A stretch of 64,000 nt of DNA from Trichoplax adhaerens. Its lineage: Eukaryota > Animalia > Placozoa. The notes under the pieces are model-generated. The model ran no database searches, was not told where the DNA came from, and was given only the letters and a program-made list of their open reading frames with translations. The DNA lies in contig NW_002060945.1 in NCBI RefSeq assembly GCF_000150275.1, forward strand, positions 3,890,059-3,954,058. The letters run 5' to 3'. Below, one piece after another: positions 26,894-40,049 of the stretch. The position numbers and the translations under genes are program-made. Each line of letters opens with the position of its first letter. Within the stretch, counting starts at the first letter, position 1.

Positions 26894-29800
26894 TCATGCA
26901 CTGTTGATTACATCTTTCAATAACCTTTCACTGTTAGTGACTGATGTTGTGGCGATCAAAAATTCAGTATCTAAAGAATTTCAGGAATTACATGATATAG
27001 CATTACTTTTTTGTACTAATCAAACGCTCTGACTGTTAAAAATTGGATTGATTGAATGATGCTATTTTTATCGTGCATTTTCACTTACTAAGCTGTTTTC
27101 CGAGAAAACGTAGAGCAGCTATTTCGGAGTATGTACAACCCCCAATGAAATATACCATAACAATGGGAGTTTGTCGATTTGCGCCTATATAAATCGATTA
27201 GTAAATTACTGAATATAAGATACCTAAAGTTATGCATCATCATTGACGGCTAATACAGGTGAAGTTAAAAAATATCGACATGTTACATACTGATGGTAGA
27301 TGCGTTGATAATGCAAGAACAGTCACAATTTAGAATTTTGCCAATATCATCATCATCTCTGAATGAATTTGGGAATGTGAGCACCTATAATAATTAATTA
27401 TGGTACGATCAGATATCTATATCTAGGTCTTCCCAGGACATTAAGATCGTTTAACCTTAACCAAAGCGATAATAAATCTATATAGTATTCTTACATGCTC
27501 AATTAATTTACAACTCATCGGGGCATATTGACCGCCGTGAATGTATGCCATGCTTTTGGGCTTAGATAAATCAACTTCCGTCGGTGTTTTAGGAATCTAG
27601 TAAAAGCAAGATTTCTATTATAGACATTATATAATCTATAATTCTATATACGTAATTACAAGTTTACGCAAAGAAAGGCCAAGTTTTATTCAGACTTACT
27701 AAGCCCAGTTTCTTGCAAATGGCTTTGAATTTATTTTTTTTCTGTTAATTTTCATGTAATTATGTACATACAAAGTTTAGATTGAATAAAAGTCAAATAT
27801 GAGAAGCGAAGGCAACATCTTAAAGCGATCTTTAAGATTAAACTTACGGTTGTTTGTTCCGTAAATAAGCCAGATTTTTTTAATACATACTGGGTAGAAA
27901 CTAGCTTGTCGTAACCGTGACTCTACAGCGGGGAAATATGGACATTAATAATGGATCATCTGTAATGTTTGTTTACGAACAGTACCAGTTGACATCTTGT
28001 CGCTTCGCTGACGGAGATACTACATTTAACTTTCTATTTTTAATATAACAATTAATGCAGTAGTAATATAACGATTTCTACCTGTAAAAACTGTAGCCAT
28101 AGTGAATGATATTGAGCTGATGGTAGACCTAGAGTATATTAGGCAGGCATTGTGAAACTTTCTATTGTTATAATATTGCATGAAGGATAAATTTACCATC
28201 ATGAGTGACGGAATAGAGGCACATAAGTCTTAAAGCGGAGGTAATATCCTATAGAAAAGTTATAATATTTAATTTTCTGTATCACATTACACTGGATTAT
28301 TTCTGTTACAGTAAACCAATCAGCAATAAAATTCGTCATTAAACGAATATCTAATTTCTGTTGAAAATATCAGAAACCTTATCTATGATACAAGTTTCAA
28401 TAAAATCAAGGCACTCTTTTTCATTCGTTCCAGCTAGCATATCTGTCATATCAATCAGAGTTGCCATGAACACTACTGTTCAAAATATACTCAAAATATC
28501 GACTATAAATCAGTGGTAATTTAAAGTAACTCTAGTGGGTCGATCATGCTACGTACAACTTTCTTGCGTTAGTAAGTATTCCAAATTTTCTTTCGTCTTT
28601 GTAGTCATTAAATTTTCACACAATGATAAATCTGGTGGGTTTTTTGTAGTAATGTAATGAATTAATTACAAAAATAAATTCAGTGGCCGCTTTCATAGGA
28701 AATCACTAAGTGATGCTTACGTCCAGTTAAAGATTTATGTTGACTTTGCAAATCCTTAAATTCGTTTCGTACGAAATCTTTTAATCCACTTACACTTTTG
28801 TAATCATGGCGTTTCTATTGTGATGAAAGAAATAAAGATTGTAGAATAATTATCAACATTACTATACGTATTTGATTGTATACAAACATCGTATCCTGAT
28901 TGAATTTCTTTCGCTCGCTCTCGGATAATTCCGAAGACTGTAGTAATATGACTATCCCTAATGTTAGCAAAAATCTGAAGAAGACACACATAATGATTAT
29001 AGTAATGTATCTACTAAGATAGTACGAGTTAGGATTGCAACGCTTTAATTAAAGTATGTGGATGTACCTGGTCGCTGGAATTTAATAGCATTTTTATACT
29101 ACCCTTTCCTACGTTACTGGACGGACCTAAGACAAGGTAACCTATAGAGTAGATCGATCAAATGCCGTAACAAAATATCAGTATCAATTAGCCACTACAT
29201 ATATTATCAGTACAATAACTGAGAATTTCAACAGTGTAACCAAACTGACCGTTTTCGATACCAAATGTATCGTCGATGATTCCTTGATACGTAACTTGAG
29301 TTAATAGAGGTGAAATATAATCCACGTCTAATGGGCAAAGTAAAGTTAAATACAATCAGTTGTGTACGAATGCCCTAAATAATTTGATCATTGCCTGTTT
29401 TCTACTCGTACGTCTATTCTGTACTTGCCTCGATCTATCATAATAAGAGTATCAAGTTTCGTAGCAGATACATCTGCCATTACGTTAGGATCTGAATCTA
29501 CGTTTTTGGCTAGGACTTCAGCTAAGTTCCATATTTTCTGTAATAAATTTCGTCAGAGTGTGCACATTACGGTAAGTCGTCACAGTACTTTCATGATAAA
29601 AGCGCTCGTCTCGATTTACCATTTAACTGTAAAAATTATTTGTTACCTTGGAATAGTCTCCGATTGTGTAAACTCGATTAAATTCTCCAAACAACGATTG
29701 CGAGCTAACCAAAGATTGGGCTATACTTTTAATCCAGGATCGGTCACGATGCTATAAAAATTAGAGGGTCAATGTAATGTACGATTGCAATTATATTACA

Positions 29801-31815
29801 AAGGTCGATAACCTTATCTCTAGCATACTGTAAATTCATGATGGTCAAATCAAGAATTGTTTACTGTACTGTAATCTTACAGCAAAGTAGCTTGGGAATA
29901 TAGCTGGTACTTCGAATGACAATAAATCTTTATCCATAGGTATTAATTCCAAGTCTAATACTTCAATTGTAACATCTATAACGTAGCAATCAGTGTGATA
30001 GTTTGACTCCTAATGACGTTGGTTAATAGGTAGATGGGTACAATCCAAATAGATTTGAAGATAATTTACCTCCATAAATTCCTTCCTGTTCTAGGTAAAC
30101 TTCACAAGCATAGAACTATGGCAAACATAAAGTTATGATTAATTTCATACAGTTAAACGATGCATTTAATTATTTTCTCTACTGATAAATGAATATTGCA
30201 TCAGGTTTTGTGTAAACACATGATTGATAGTACACAATAAACTTTGCCTAAAAAAAGCCTGCGGTGATTCAGATATTAAGGTATGCGATTGAATCAATCC
30301 CCGCTGGATCGGCACAGCATTTAGCTGTACGGTTAGCTAGCTATTCAAAGTTTTAATTTGATACCTTGCATGGAGTAAAAATGATTTTATATGATTTCCT
30401 AGTGCCATTTCTCTTGTCGCAGCTGATTCTTTCTTAATATTTCAGAATAAATATCGTCAAGGCACCGGTTGTTATCGGCTAAAGATATGTTGAGGAGAAT
30501 CTTGAATTATGAGTAGCAATATACCTGAGATCATCTTGAGGTTTGTAATGTTTGGACGAGTAACGTATATAAGGCTGTAAATTAAGAGGAAATCGTTAAT
30601 ATGATATTATTTATTTATAAGTCATTAACAGTATGTTATATAAAATTTATATTAAAAATCCATCAGTAAAATCATACTAGATGCAAGTGTCATTGCAATA
30701 TTTGACTGCGTAGCAATTATTACTAATTCCTGAGCATAAATTGACAATCTAGATGGCAGCGATTAATGCGGTATGTTAATCCTATACACTACTATTACCC
30801 ACGATTTATTTTCTTATTATATCGTAGTAGATACAATAACTGCTAGTGCTTAGCAAATTTTTAAATTGGACTCTTTTAACTACAGTATCATAATGATAAA
30901 CAAATAAATGTAAATAAACTTACTTTTCCGTGACGATATTAATCATGGATGGTTCTAGCCGGTAGACTTTGTTAACACCATGGCGCTGATACGTCAATGC
31001 GTAATATCAAAAACAATTTTGTAAGATAATCTAGTAACTTTAAAGCGGGATGATCATGACAAGTATTTTTAATGGTGAAACAACTATTCATAAGCGTACG
31101 TGACTATCTATACTTCCGATAGATATTACAGTATAACAAAATTTTATGCACTTGTATAGGTTGTGGGTGAGCAGTGATGTAAAAAGCACAAATGGATATA
31201 CTAAGAGGGAAATACGCACATGAAAGTACAGCGTGGTAACATCAGCAGAATAGCATCTAATCGATATTAAGTAGTATAATAACAAAACTAGTGTAAACTA
31301 GCTTGCAAGTTTAGAAGCTATCGAGTTTGTGTCGATATTGTAATGTATTAAGCCAGGCTAAGCTATCCTTACCTTTAACGTTTGGAAATTCGCTACGAAA
31401 TCAAATAAGCGGATAATTCTACTATCTATGATGACATCTTTATCTCCGGATTCCTAATCACTCATGCAAATTAGATCTATTTAACTTCAAATTTAATTAA
31501 AGTACTGTTGTACCCTGTCAACAACCAGATTATCATAAAAATAGAATTGAAATCATTCCAATGTAATCTGCTTATATCCTTGCAATTGATTCGATGCCTA
31601 CAATGTATCCTCTTTTAATACTATGCTTAAGATATCAATGTACTGTAATATCAGTAATAAAATGATATGAAATGCTCATTAAATTCGTAAAATATCCAAC
31701 ACTTGACAAAAGACCCAACTTGAGACTGATTCACTAAGATTAATACCGTTTCGAGCAAGGAGATGAGACGAGCTTCCGCTAGCTTTTTCAAGACGGATAA
31801 ATCTGGTAAAGTCAT
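26894..31815 (-). CDS. VPS33B: Sec1/Munc18-family protein VPS33B-like, multi-exon; largely invisible in the ORF track
   Basis: Spliced exons read MTLPDLSVLKKLAEARLISLLET / ESGDKDVIIDSRIIRLFDFVANFQTLK / RHGVNKVYRLE / IFANIRDSHITTVFGIIRERAKEIQSGYD / IVMVYFIGGCTYSEIAALRFLGKQL / EFLIATTSVTNSERLLKDVINSA*. These resemble vertebrate VPS33B motifs as I recall them (LPDFSMLKRLA..., VFLGGCTFSEISALRFLG, FLTTAVTNSARL). Confidence 0.9.
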
Positions 31816-32134
31816 TGCAGTACCGTCTATTTTGTCAGGACGTTCTCAGTAATGTAAAGAATGATGTTGTAAATGCTGTCAATGTTTTCTCAGTTGTATG
31901 GGGAGAAGAATAGCAAACTTTGCTGAATTTAGTTGTGATCTGAAATAAAATTGACTTCCATCTAAAGCATAATAAGAGTTTCAGCAGGAGCCGTTATTGA
32001 AAGGCTGCAGGTTGTGCAGGACTTCTGATAGGTACTGGTACTGTACGCTGAACACTGAGTGTACAGTACATTGAAAACTTTATCTTCATCTAACAGCTCG
32101 TCTGGTGTCTCGTCCGTCAGTGTCTGGCAGAGAT

Positions 32135-32285
32135 TACAGTACAGTACTGTACACTTCTAGAGCGAAGTACTGTACACTGTATCGTAAACAGATTAGTACA
32201 GTACTGTACTGTATACTGTGTACAGTACAGTACTGTACTGTACTGTACGCAATTAAAACATGCTTACAGTATAAGTACTGTACCG
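32135..32285. repeat. (GTACA)n/(TGTAC)n palindromic pentamer cluster upstream of VPS33B
   Basis: Dense TACAGTACAGTACTGTAC-type units ~320-470 bp upstream of the VPS33B ATG. Confidence 0.8.
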
Positions 32286-33570
32286 CATTACACACCTTCT
32301 ACTGCAATAAAAGTGTCATAATCAACTGTCTTAGTCAAAGGGTAATTTGTTCGAGGTATTTTCGAAAAGGCTTTTGCAAGAATAGCAGAGCAATAATTAA
32401 TTGATTACTACAAGAATTTAGTCTAAAGTATTCCGAGCTCAAAGCGAAGCAAAGTCTCTTCTCTCCGCTTGAGCTCATCTCTGCAGTTCTTAAATACATT
32501 TGGCTAAATCTACATTTAGGACAACTTCAATTAATGTACAATCACACTTGAGTCATCAAACAGAACATTTTTATCTCAAAGAGAACATCATCTTCTACAA
32601 TCGAAATCATTCTACTGAAGATATCACTACTGTACTCTTCTACTAATGTCCAGCACCTTTCGGTGTTAGTACTACATTAAAGCTGAAAGTGAGTAAATAC
32701 TGGTTGAGTAAAGTGTCTATTTTTTTCCATTGCAAACGCAAGGTATATCAGAAGCTGTAAACATTTTCTACACTAGTTCACCAGTACAGTACGAAGTGGA
32801 TAATACTGCTTTGCAACAACTCGATGAGCTGAAGCATTAATTTACTCCACTGTGCTGCGCGCAGACTGGACAGTGTACATGCCGCATAGGTCCTCAGTAA
32901 TGCAATGAATGTGGAATCCACAATTGTGGATAGCTTCAGCAGTTTACACATAAATCAGTGTTAAATACGGAGATAAATAGGGGACGCTAATGAAGATATT
33001 AAAAGGGTAATGCATTTCTTGACCGATTTATTCATATAATAATAAAATAATACATGTTAATGTTACAGAAATATCAAAACAAACTAATGCTTATTTCTTT
33101 GTTTCTCAAAATACAAAAATCCTCTACTAAAATGTTGAATTTCAGCTTTACACATTAATGAATGGTTGCTTTATGTTGGGATGTTAACCTTTAATGTTTT
33201 GTCCGCTATGCTTGGTAATGAATTAACTATGAGAAAATACATCTATGCTCAATTACTATTTTAGAATTATGTATGACATTTGTTTTATCAGTAAAAGCAT
33301 AGTAAAAGTAACTCTTCAGAAATACATAAGAAAATTAAGTATACGTATGCTCTCAAACTACGATTGTAAATCAATTGATAGTAAATTGATTAGTATATAA
33401 TGACGTGGAAAGATCCTACTCTTTCTTGAAGGATAGATAGGTATAGAATAGCTTAAAATTTACATTTACTTTGAAAACTAGCTTTAAGATCGTTTGAACT
33501 TGTTTGGCATCATGAAGGTAATAGAAAAAACGGATATTGCATTATTATTATTATTGCCAAGAAAAAGTTA

Positions 33571-36500
33571 TTATTCAAGAAGTTGGCTATCAGCTCGATC
33601 TTTTTTTCTACGACGGCGGCCAAAACAGCACACAAGAATTATGATAATGAGAACGACTGCTCCGACCGATCCTATCGATGCACTTACAATAGCAGTTAAG
33701 GCTACTTTACTTGTTTTCTTGGCACATATATCACCTATAAATCCTTCAACACAAATGCATTGACGAGCGCTCAATTCTTGTATGCATGTACCTCCGTTAA
33801 GGCAATAATCATTGGTGCATGCAAAGTAGCATCCTTTATAAGGATCGCCGTGATAACCTACTGGACAGTAACAACTATAGGATCCTTTAGTATTAGTGCA
33901 TGTTGCATTACCACCGCAGGGTACTTTAGTGATACATTCGTTAATATCGATACAATTTGAACCTGTGTAGCCTGCTAGACATTTACACGAGTATGAGCCA
34001 TGCAAATTAACACATGTCTGATTTGAGGCGCACAAGTTATCATCACGACTTGCACATTCATTGTAATCTCGAATATTTACTTCTTCAATCTCTTTTCTAT
34101 CAATTGTTGTATTACTACCGGAGATCGATTTGGTTAACTGGCCTAAGTCAATATTTTTTCCATTATGATCGAATACGACTGAAAATTCGACAACAATTCG
34201 AGTATTGGTATTTCCTGAGGTAAAGCTTGTAATTGTAACACGCTTAAAGCTCATTTTTGTCATGCTAAGTGAGTTAAATTTGTCTTCTAGTGCTTTTATA
34301 ACTAATGCCGATAACGTTAGATGCTCGTTACTATTAAGAATCGCAAGTCCTGGTTTAAATTGATCAATAATCTTGAATGTTCCCAGAAAGACTTGACCAG
34401 GTTGACAATGTGAATCAGATTTGTATTGATCTACTGCCAACTGATCATTGCTGCTATAGTAACCTAACCTGCAAATACAGTAGTAACCAGTGTCAGTGGA
34501 TGCGCACGTTGCTTTTTTGCCACAGCTGCGATTTTGACTGCAGTATGTGCTTTTTGTGCATTTATTTCCATTTCCATAATAACCCGATCGACAACGACAG
34601 GTATATGATCCACGTGTATTTTGGCAATCTGCATTAGTATCGCATTTGTTTTGATTATTTAAGCATTCGTTAATGTCTGTGCAGGAAGTTGTTCCATCAC
34701 CAGAAAATCCAGTTTGACATTTGCATTGATAAGATCCATTGTTATTGATACATGCCCCGTCGATTGCGCAATGAAATAGATTGGAGTTGCATTCATCAAT
34801 ATCGAAGCAATTAAAACCGCTGCCAGTGTAGCCTGTTTTACACTTGCAAGTATACGATCCATCATTATTAGTACATGTAGCTTGTGCTGAACAACTATGC
34901 TTATTCAATGAACATTCGTCAATATCTTGGCATGTCAGACCATCACCTTTATATCCTGCTTTACATTGACAACCATATGATCCTTTAGTATTATAGCAAT
35001 TAGCGTGAGCTGAGCAATTGTGTTTATGTTGAGTGGATGTACTCGTACATTCGTTAACGTCATTGCATGTTATGCCGTATCCTTGATAACCGGTTTTACA
35101 GATACATTGATAAGATCCATCTATGTTAATGCAGTTTGCATTTATATTGCACAAGTTATCTGCTGTACATTCGTTAATATCTCGACATGTTCGACCATCT
35201 TGGCTTAATTTAAAACCAGATCTACATGAACACGATTGCAATCCGTTTATCATGGTGCAAGTATGTGTACAGTTATTGACACTAGCGCACTGACTAAGCG
35301 GGGTGCATGTAAGACCGTCATCGCTCAATTTAAAACCTTGGCCACATTGACAACGATAGGAACCTTGCGTATTAACACATTTTTGATCGCATTGATTAGC
35401 TTGTGGCCGCAAGCATTCATTTATATCAACACAAGTGTGGTAATGACTGCTGATTTCATAGCCTGGATAACACGAGCATTTATAACTGCCTGGAGTATTC
35501 TGGCATATTTGATTACATTGGCCGTTATTTATTTTACATTCGTTGATTTCAGTACAATTTCTTCCGTCACCTAGGTAGCCAGACTTACAAATGCAATCAT
35601 ATGAACCTGGTTGATTAATACAGATAGCATCATCACTGCAATTATGAGATCCTATAGCACATTCATCAATATCCAGACATCCTCTATTGTCGCTCTCTAA
35701 CATGTATCCAGATTGACATTCACAAGTATAAGTTCCTTCTTCATTTATACATGTTTGATTACATTGATGTGTACCATATTCACATTCATCGTAGTCATGA
35801 CACTTTAAACCATCGCCAGTATATCCTGAAGGGCAATCACCACATTGATAGCCAGATAATGGGACAATATTATCTATACAAGTAACATTGTCAAAGCAAG
35901 GTTGATCAGAGCAAGCATCATAATCTTGTGTACAATTATCCCCAGTCCATGCTGAATCACATACACACTCGACGACGTCGATGTTATTAATACGTGCCGT
36001 CTCTACTGTATAATCGCAAGTTCCGTTATTTGGGCAGTAGCATAGGATAATTTGTGGTGTAAATTCACTTCTTGCACCTTTTGAGTCTGTAGCTACGAAC
36101 TTGAATGAAATATTTTGGTAATTCGAAACATTCCATGTGAATGTATAAGCAACTGTATCGAAGTAAGAGTTGTCAGGAGCATCGATAATTTGAACTGTAA
36201 GTATATCATCTTGATTCTTATCAGTTACGTTAAATCGAGTATGAAATATTTGCCCATACGTAACATTAAACGTTGTCAATCCAGAAATATCAGGTGGAAA
36301 GTTCTCTAATAGTTGGCTTGTTTCTTTATAGATTTCCGATGTATCTTTACTCCTAACAGCAGCTTCAAGATTCATAGTTAGGCCAGCATCAAATAGACAG
36401 TCACTATTATTTTTGCACCGCATAACCGATAGATCATAGAAATCCATCTTATCCGTAAATAACTCTGTGATATTATCAACTAACACAGGTATAAAGCTTA

Positions 36501-39500
36501 AGTTTCTATAATTTTTAGCAGTTTTCCCACTTGGATAAGTAAATAAAGAGTCACTAGCGTTAATCATCCACAACTGGCCAAAGTCATAGAATATCTGCGA
36601 ACTATTCGATTTAATATCCAGGAAAGACCCATCTGGTCGTTTAAAATCATCAATAGTATTGTCATTCCATGTGCCTAATAGCCCTGAAGTCTTACCTTTA
36701 ATTTCATCCGGTGCATTGAAGGCAATCGTCAGCATTTGTGTCAACAATGTTACCTCTAGAGATATTCCAGACGAAAAGATGGCTGCAACAGATATCGTCG
36801 ATGTCTTTGCTAAATCAACATTATTAAATTCACGCGTCTCATTATTTGACATACTATGCATGCTGAAGGATCTAGTTCTATTAACTAAAATATTGATTCC
36901 ATTAAGCGTTGAATTAAGAGTAAATTGCACAGTATCAGCACCAGCTGAAATAGTAGCGAATCCAGATAATACCGTAGCAGGTGCTGAGACGTTACCGTTG
37001 TTTAAAGCTTGCATAGTGCGTCCTTGCAGGATAAAAGAGCGATCATCAGTTTGCAATAAAACGTATTCTCCAAGCCCATTAAAGGTATATTGATTACCAT
37101 CTAATGTTCTAATATGTGGATCTCCCCAGAACCAGGCTCTTCTCGGTGGTCGATATCCTGAACAACGATTAATTGGCCTCTTAATGGCGTAGAGATTACA
37201 CATACTTGATTGGACGCAGCAGTCTCTGTACGCAATTTTGTTAGCATTTTGCAATACATGATCTCGGAAAATGAATGAACTTCCGTATGGATAAGTAGTT
37301 AATAGTGAACCTAAAGAATTTTGTCGTGTTGAATAACAACATTGTTGATAGATACGTTCGCCGTTACTTGCTCTTGTTGGAAAAGTTGATCTTGCGCAAA
37401 ATGTATCAAAATTAAATCGGAATCGCCTATCACGAATAGCCTGCATGCTAGAGCAAGGGCAATGTCGATTCCTTAACGCTCTAAGATAAATTATTGGATC
37501 TGCTTCATTAGCGTACCAATTTTGACATCGATCAGCATAGTTAATTCGGTCGCTTGCTGGATCATCTACGCGAAACATCCATCGTCCTTTCTTACCATAG
37601 TTACCCACGATACTGTCAATTTTTAACAGTTCTTTCGTGTTGGAATTTGGTAGTTCATAAGCATATTTTGTAACTGATGCCACTTGGCTAGCGAAACCAG
37701 CTCGTGGGCGAATATGACCAAAACGTTGCCACCAGTTCATGCCTTTATCATCGTAAATAAAGGAAGCGAATAAATTGACACCATTAGAAATCAAAACTAA
37801 TTGAAACGTATTAGTGACGTCATATTTAGCAGTAGTTTTAGAAGGGAAAGGGATAACTTTGTGCCAAGTAATGATTGTAACTAATGATGCATGGAAATTA
37901 GAGACGGTGCGATTAAATAGCCCATAGAGATTAGATGTATTTGGATTGTTATTAACGTAGTTTTGAAAAGCACTGACATCATTGGTTGCATTTCGTAATA
38001 TGGCTGTGGTCAAACTAGAAGGACTAAGAGATGAATATTGATTAATATATATTCTAGCAGTACTAGATTGACGAGCATCAGCATCTGCATAGAATGGCGC
38101 TATAAGAGGTGGATATTTCTCCGAGGTGAATGGTCGATTTGGCCTGCCGCTGTACCTCTTAACAAAGGAGATAAATCCGTTCATGGAGACCTAATGGTGT
38201 AATTTCATCATAATAGCCTTTAAATTCAGCTAAAGTCAACTATTTGATAGTTTCTACTCGAAAATTTTACAAATAACTGAAGAAACACTTACGTAAACTT
38301 TCCTGTAAAATGCATTGGTAAATTGAATCGGTGATCGCAAGTAAATACGATATTGTCGGTCATCTACTCTACCAACAGAAATATCGCCATACTGCGGTCC
38401 ATAGGGATAAAGTCTTAACTCTAGATACGGATCAAATTTTTACGGTAATCTATTAATAGTTCTACTAGAAAATTATCCTTCTTTGCAGCAACAACTGCTT
38501 GTTATCGATCAAACTGACAATGGTTTAAAGTTAAGATAGAAAAATAAAGAATTGCTTAAATTGAAACGATTACTGACAAATATTCATAACTACCTTTACA
38601 TGAGAGTCCATTTCCGATGTATCCTGGCTTGCAAGTGCATGAATAGGAAACATTATTACTGTTGATATGGCATACAGCATTTCTGTCGCATCGATAGCAT
38701 GGTAGTTTCGTTTCATCAGGTTTGTCATCTGAACCTGCATATTTGATTCATTGATTACATTTGTTAGTATAGTATAAGGTATCAGAACTACTGTAATGGG
38801 TACGTTAGCTTAGTTTACTTGCACTTCATATAAACAAATTTTTATTTGTAACCGCTGATAGTGGTACACATTTCAGATGGTCTTACTTGCTCATGACTCA
38901 TCTTGGCATCATCATACTATACTTTTATGAATATTGAAACTGAACTTCTTAAATGTAATAGAATATCAAATCGCTATTCATTTTAGATAAAATATACTCG
39001 TATATTGTAGAGAGATAGCAAAGTTAAACACTTTTATATATCATTAGCATTTATGAAGGCATCATGATGTAAATTAAGTGTGCTGATCAAACTTTAGTGA
39101 GTTAATCATAGATAGCATGATTAAATAGATTAGATTACAGAATTGATCATTTTAGTTTTAGAAGCAATATGAAAAGATGCAACTATAGCACATGTTGTAA
39201 TGCATTAATTTTGTTTTAACGAATGTTCCTTATCGCACCTTCTCTAGTTTCACACTGATGTCCTTTCCATCCAGAATTGCATTCACAAGTATATCCAGAA
39301 TTGAGTCTACTGATGCATAAGCCATTGATACAAGGGATAGATGAGCAGCTATCAACTAGGTGTTGCAAAAGAATCGGTTTGTGAATATATCGAGAGCCAA
39401 TCATATATTATTTTGTTTTGAAAAATAAAATGAAATTATATAGAATTAATTTGCCGATTTAGAATTCAATGCACTCACCAGCGCATTGAACTCCAGCATA

Positions 39501-40049
39501 ATTGTTAGAATAGCTGTCGCAATTTCCGATACTTCCCCAGTTTAAATTGGAACAGCGAGAAAGTGAGCATTCATTGCCTCGACATCCAATATTTTTTAAC
39601 CAAAGTGGAGTAATCTCTGTTGTGGTAAAGTTAGAACAACAATATATTTTGACGGCTAAATCGAATCCTAATTGACGACAAACGACCCTTGCGCTTTGAA
39701 AATTCCAGTCATAGCCGCAAATTCCTCCCCATCTACCATTGTAGTATACTTGTACGTTTCCATTAGTCGAATTGCGTCCATCAACTAATCGAACATCTCC
39801 ATTATTCACTAGGCCTACAATGTTAAAGCAGATATCTGTAACTTTTTGTATGTTGTGGCAAATCGAATCGTTAGTAACTATATAAGTTTTATCTATCCCA
39901 GATTATGATGGTTTTTGATATGAAAGAAAATCTACCTAATGAGCAGTGTGATCCAAAATAGCCCTGAGAACATCTACAAGAATAAGCTCCTATACCATTA
40001 ATACATGTAGCATTATTTGGGCATGGATTTGAATCACATTCTTGACCAG
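33571..40049 (-). CDS. MUC4/SUSD2/Mesh-related single-pass surface protein: EGF-SRCR-EGF-EGF-NIDO-AMOP-vWD-(Ig/cadherin-like)-cbEGF array-SEA-EGF-TM. Exons 40049-39936, 39814-39479, 39355-39239, 38734-38594, 38420-38293, 38190-33571; first (signal peptide) exon unresolved
   Basis: NIDO ([27 protein letters not shown]), AMOP ([22 protein letters not shown]), vWD with WGDPH and GLLGTWN, many D-I-N-E-C cbEGF repeats, SEA-like domain, [29 protein letters not shown] followed by RRRRKK. Upstream phase-1 exons encode SRCR (VRLVDG...WGGICG..W....ARVVCRQLG) and EGF domains. Confidence 0.9.

Noticed and set aside
33494-37093. Plus-strand and alternate-frame ORFs overlapping the large EGF genes (also 45555, 47067, 49459, 49747, 63741)
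   Set aside because: Antisense or off-frame shadows of Cys/Asn-rich coding sequence; no independent motifs.
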